In this document: in pieces, positions 63,814 through 64,000 of the stretch
Position numbering within the stretch: the stretch's first letter is position 1
How the letters are laid out: every line of letters begins with the position of its first letter
Source: Octopus vulgaris
Lineage: Eukaryota
Assembly (NCBI GenBank): GCA_951406725.2
Contig: OX597816.1
Span: 128,216,001-128,280,000 of the forward strand
Reading direction: 5' to 3'
DNA length: 64,000 bases
Translations under genes and position numbers: made by a program
Notes under the pieces: model-generated
Told to the model about the DNA's origin: nothing
Seen by the model: only the letters and a program-made list of their open reading frames with translations
The model's database searches: none

Positions 63814-64000
63814 AGACATTAACAATGTCATTTTTTATCCCCTTCAATCCCTCCCTCTTTTCATTGAACCAGATCCACTGGATACTTACTTATTTCACTC
63901 AGCATTGGGCTCTTTCCTTAGAGAAGTTTGGGGAAAATAATGTAATTGCTCAAGACATCAGCAGAGCCAGACTGTACTTAGCATACATATCAGAGCTACC

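Overview
AT-rich, microsatellite-dense animal DNA, most likely octopus (inferred from the SINE families and (TA)n/(CA)n/(AAT)n density). No host protein-coding gene can be identified with confidence, so this is probably intron or intergenic sequence. The only long ORFs belong to a full-length, CpG-rich L1-Tx1-type non-LTR retrotransposon on the minus strand (2052-7318). It has an 18-bp TSD, ORF1 with a CCHC knuckle, and ORF2 (APE-RT-CCHC) broken by one frameshift. The rest is RTE-LINE relics, several tRNA-derived SINE families and MULE, hAT, piggyBac and mariner non-autonomous elements. Two patterns stand out. (1) The Tx1 element has no poly(A) tail and ends in TATTTGTCC-TTCTATGT + small hairpin + TAATAAAGAAATA. 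Three young, TSD-flanked SINE copies end with the same module, but with a different hairpin sequence, pointing to a sequence/structure-specific LINE-SINE partnership. (2) At least six unrelated families of short elements, often fold-backs, carry type I hammerhead ribozyme motifs with a palindromic stem III, as in Penelope-like elements. One copy at 8758-8851 is fully canonical. Boundaries of old repeats are approximate and were read by eye.
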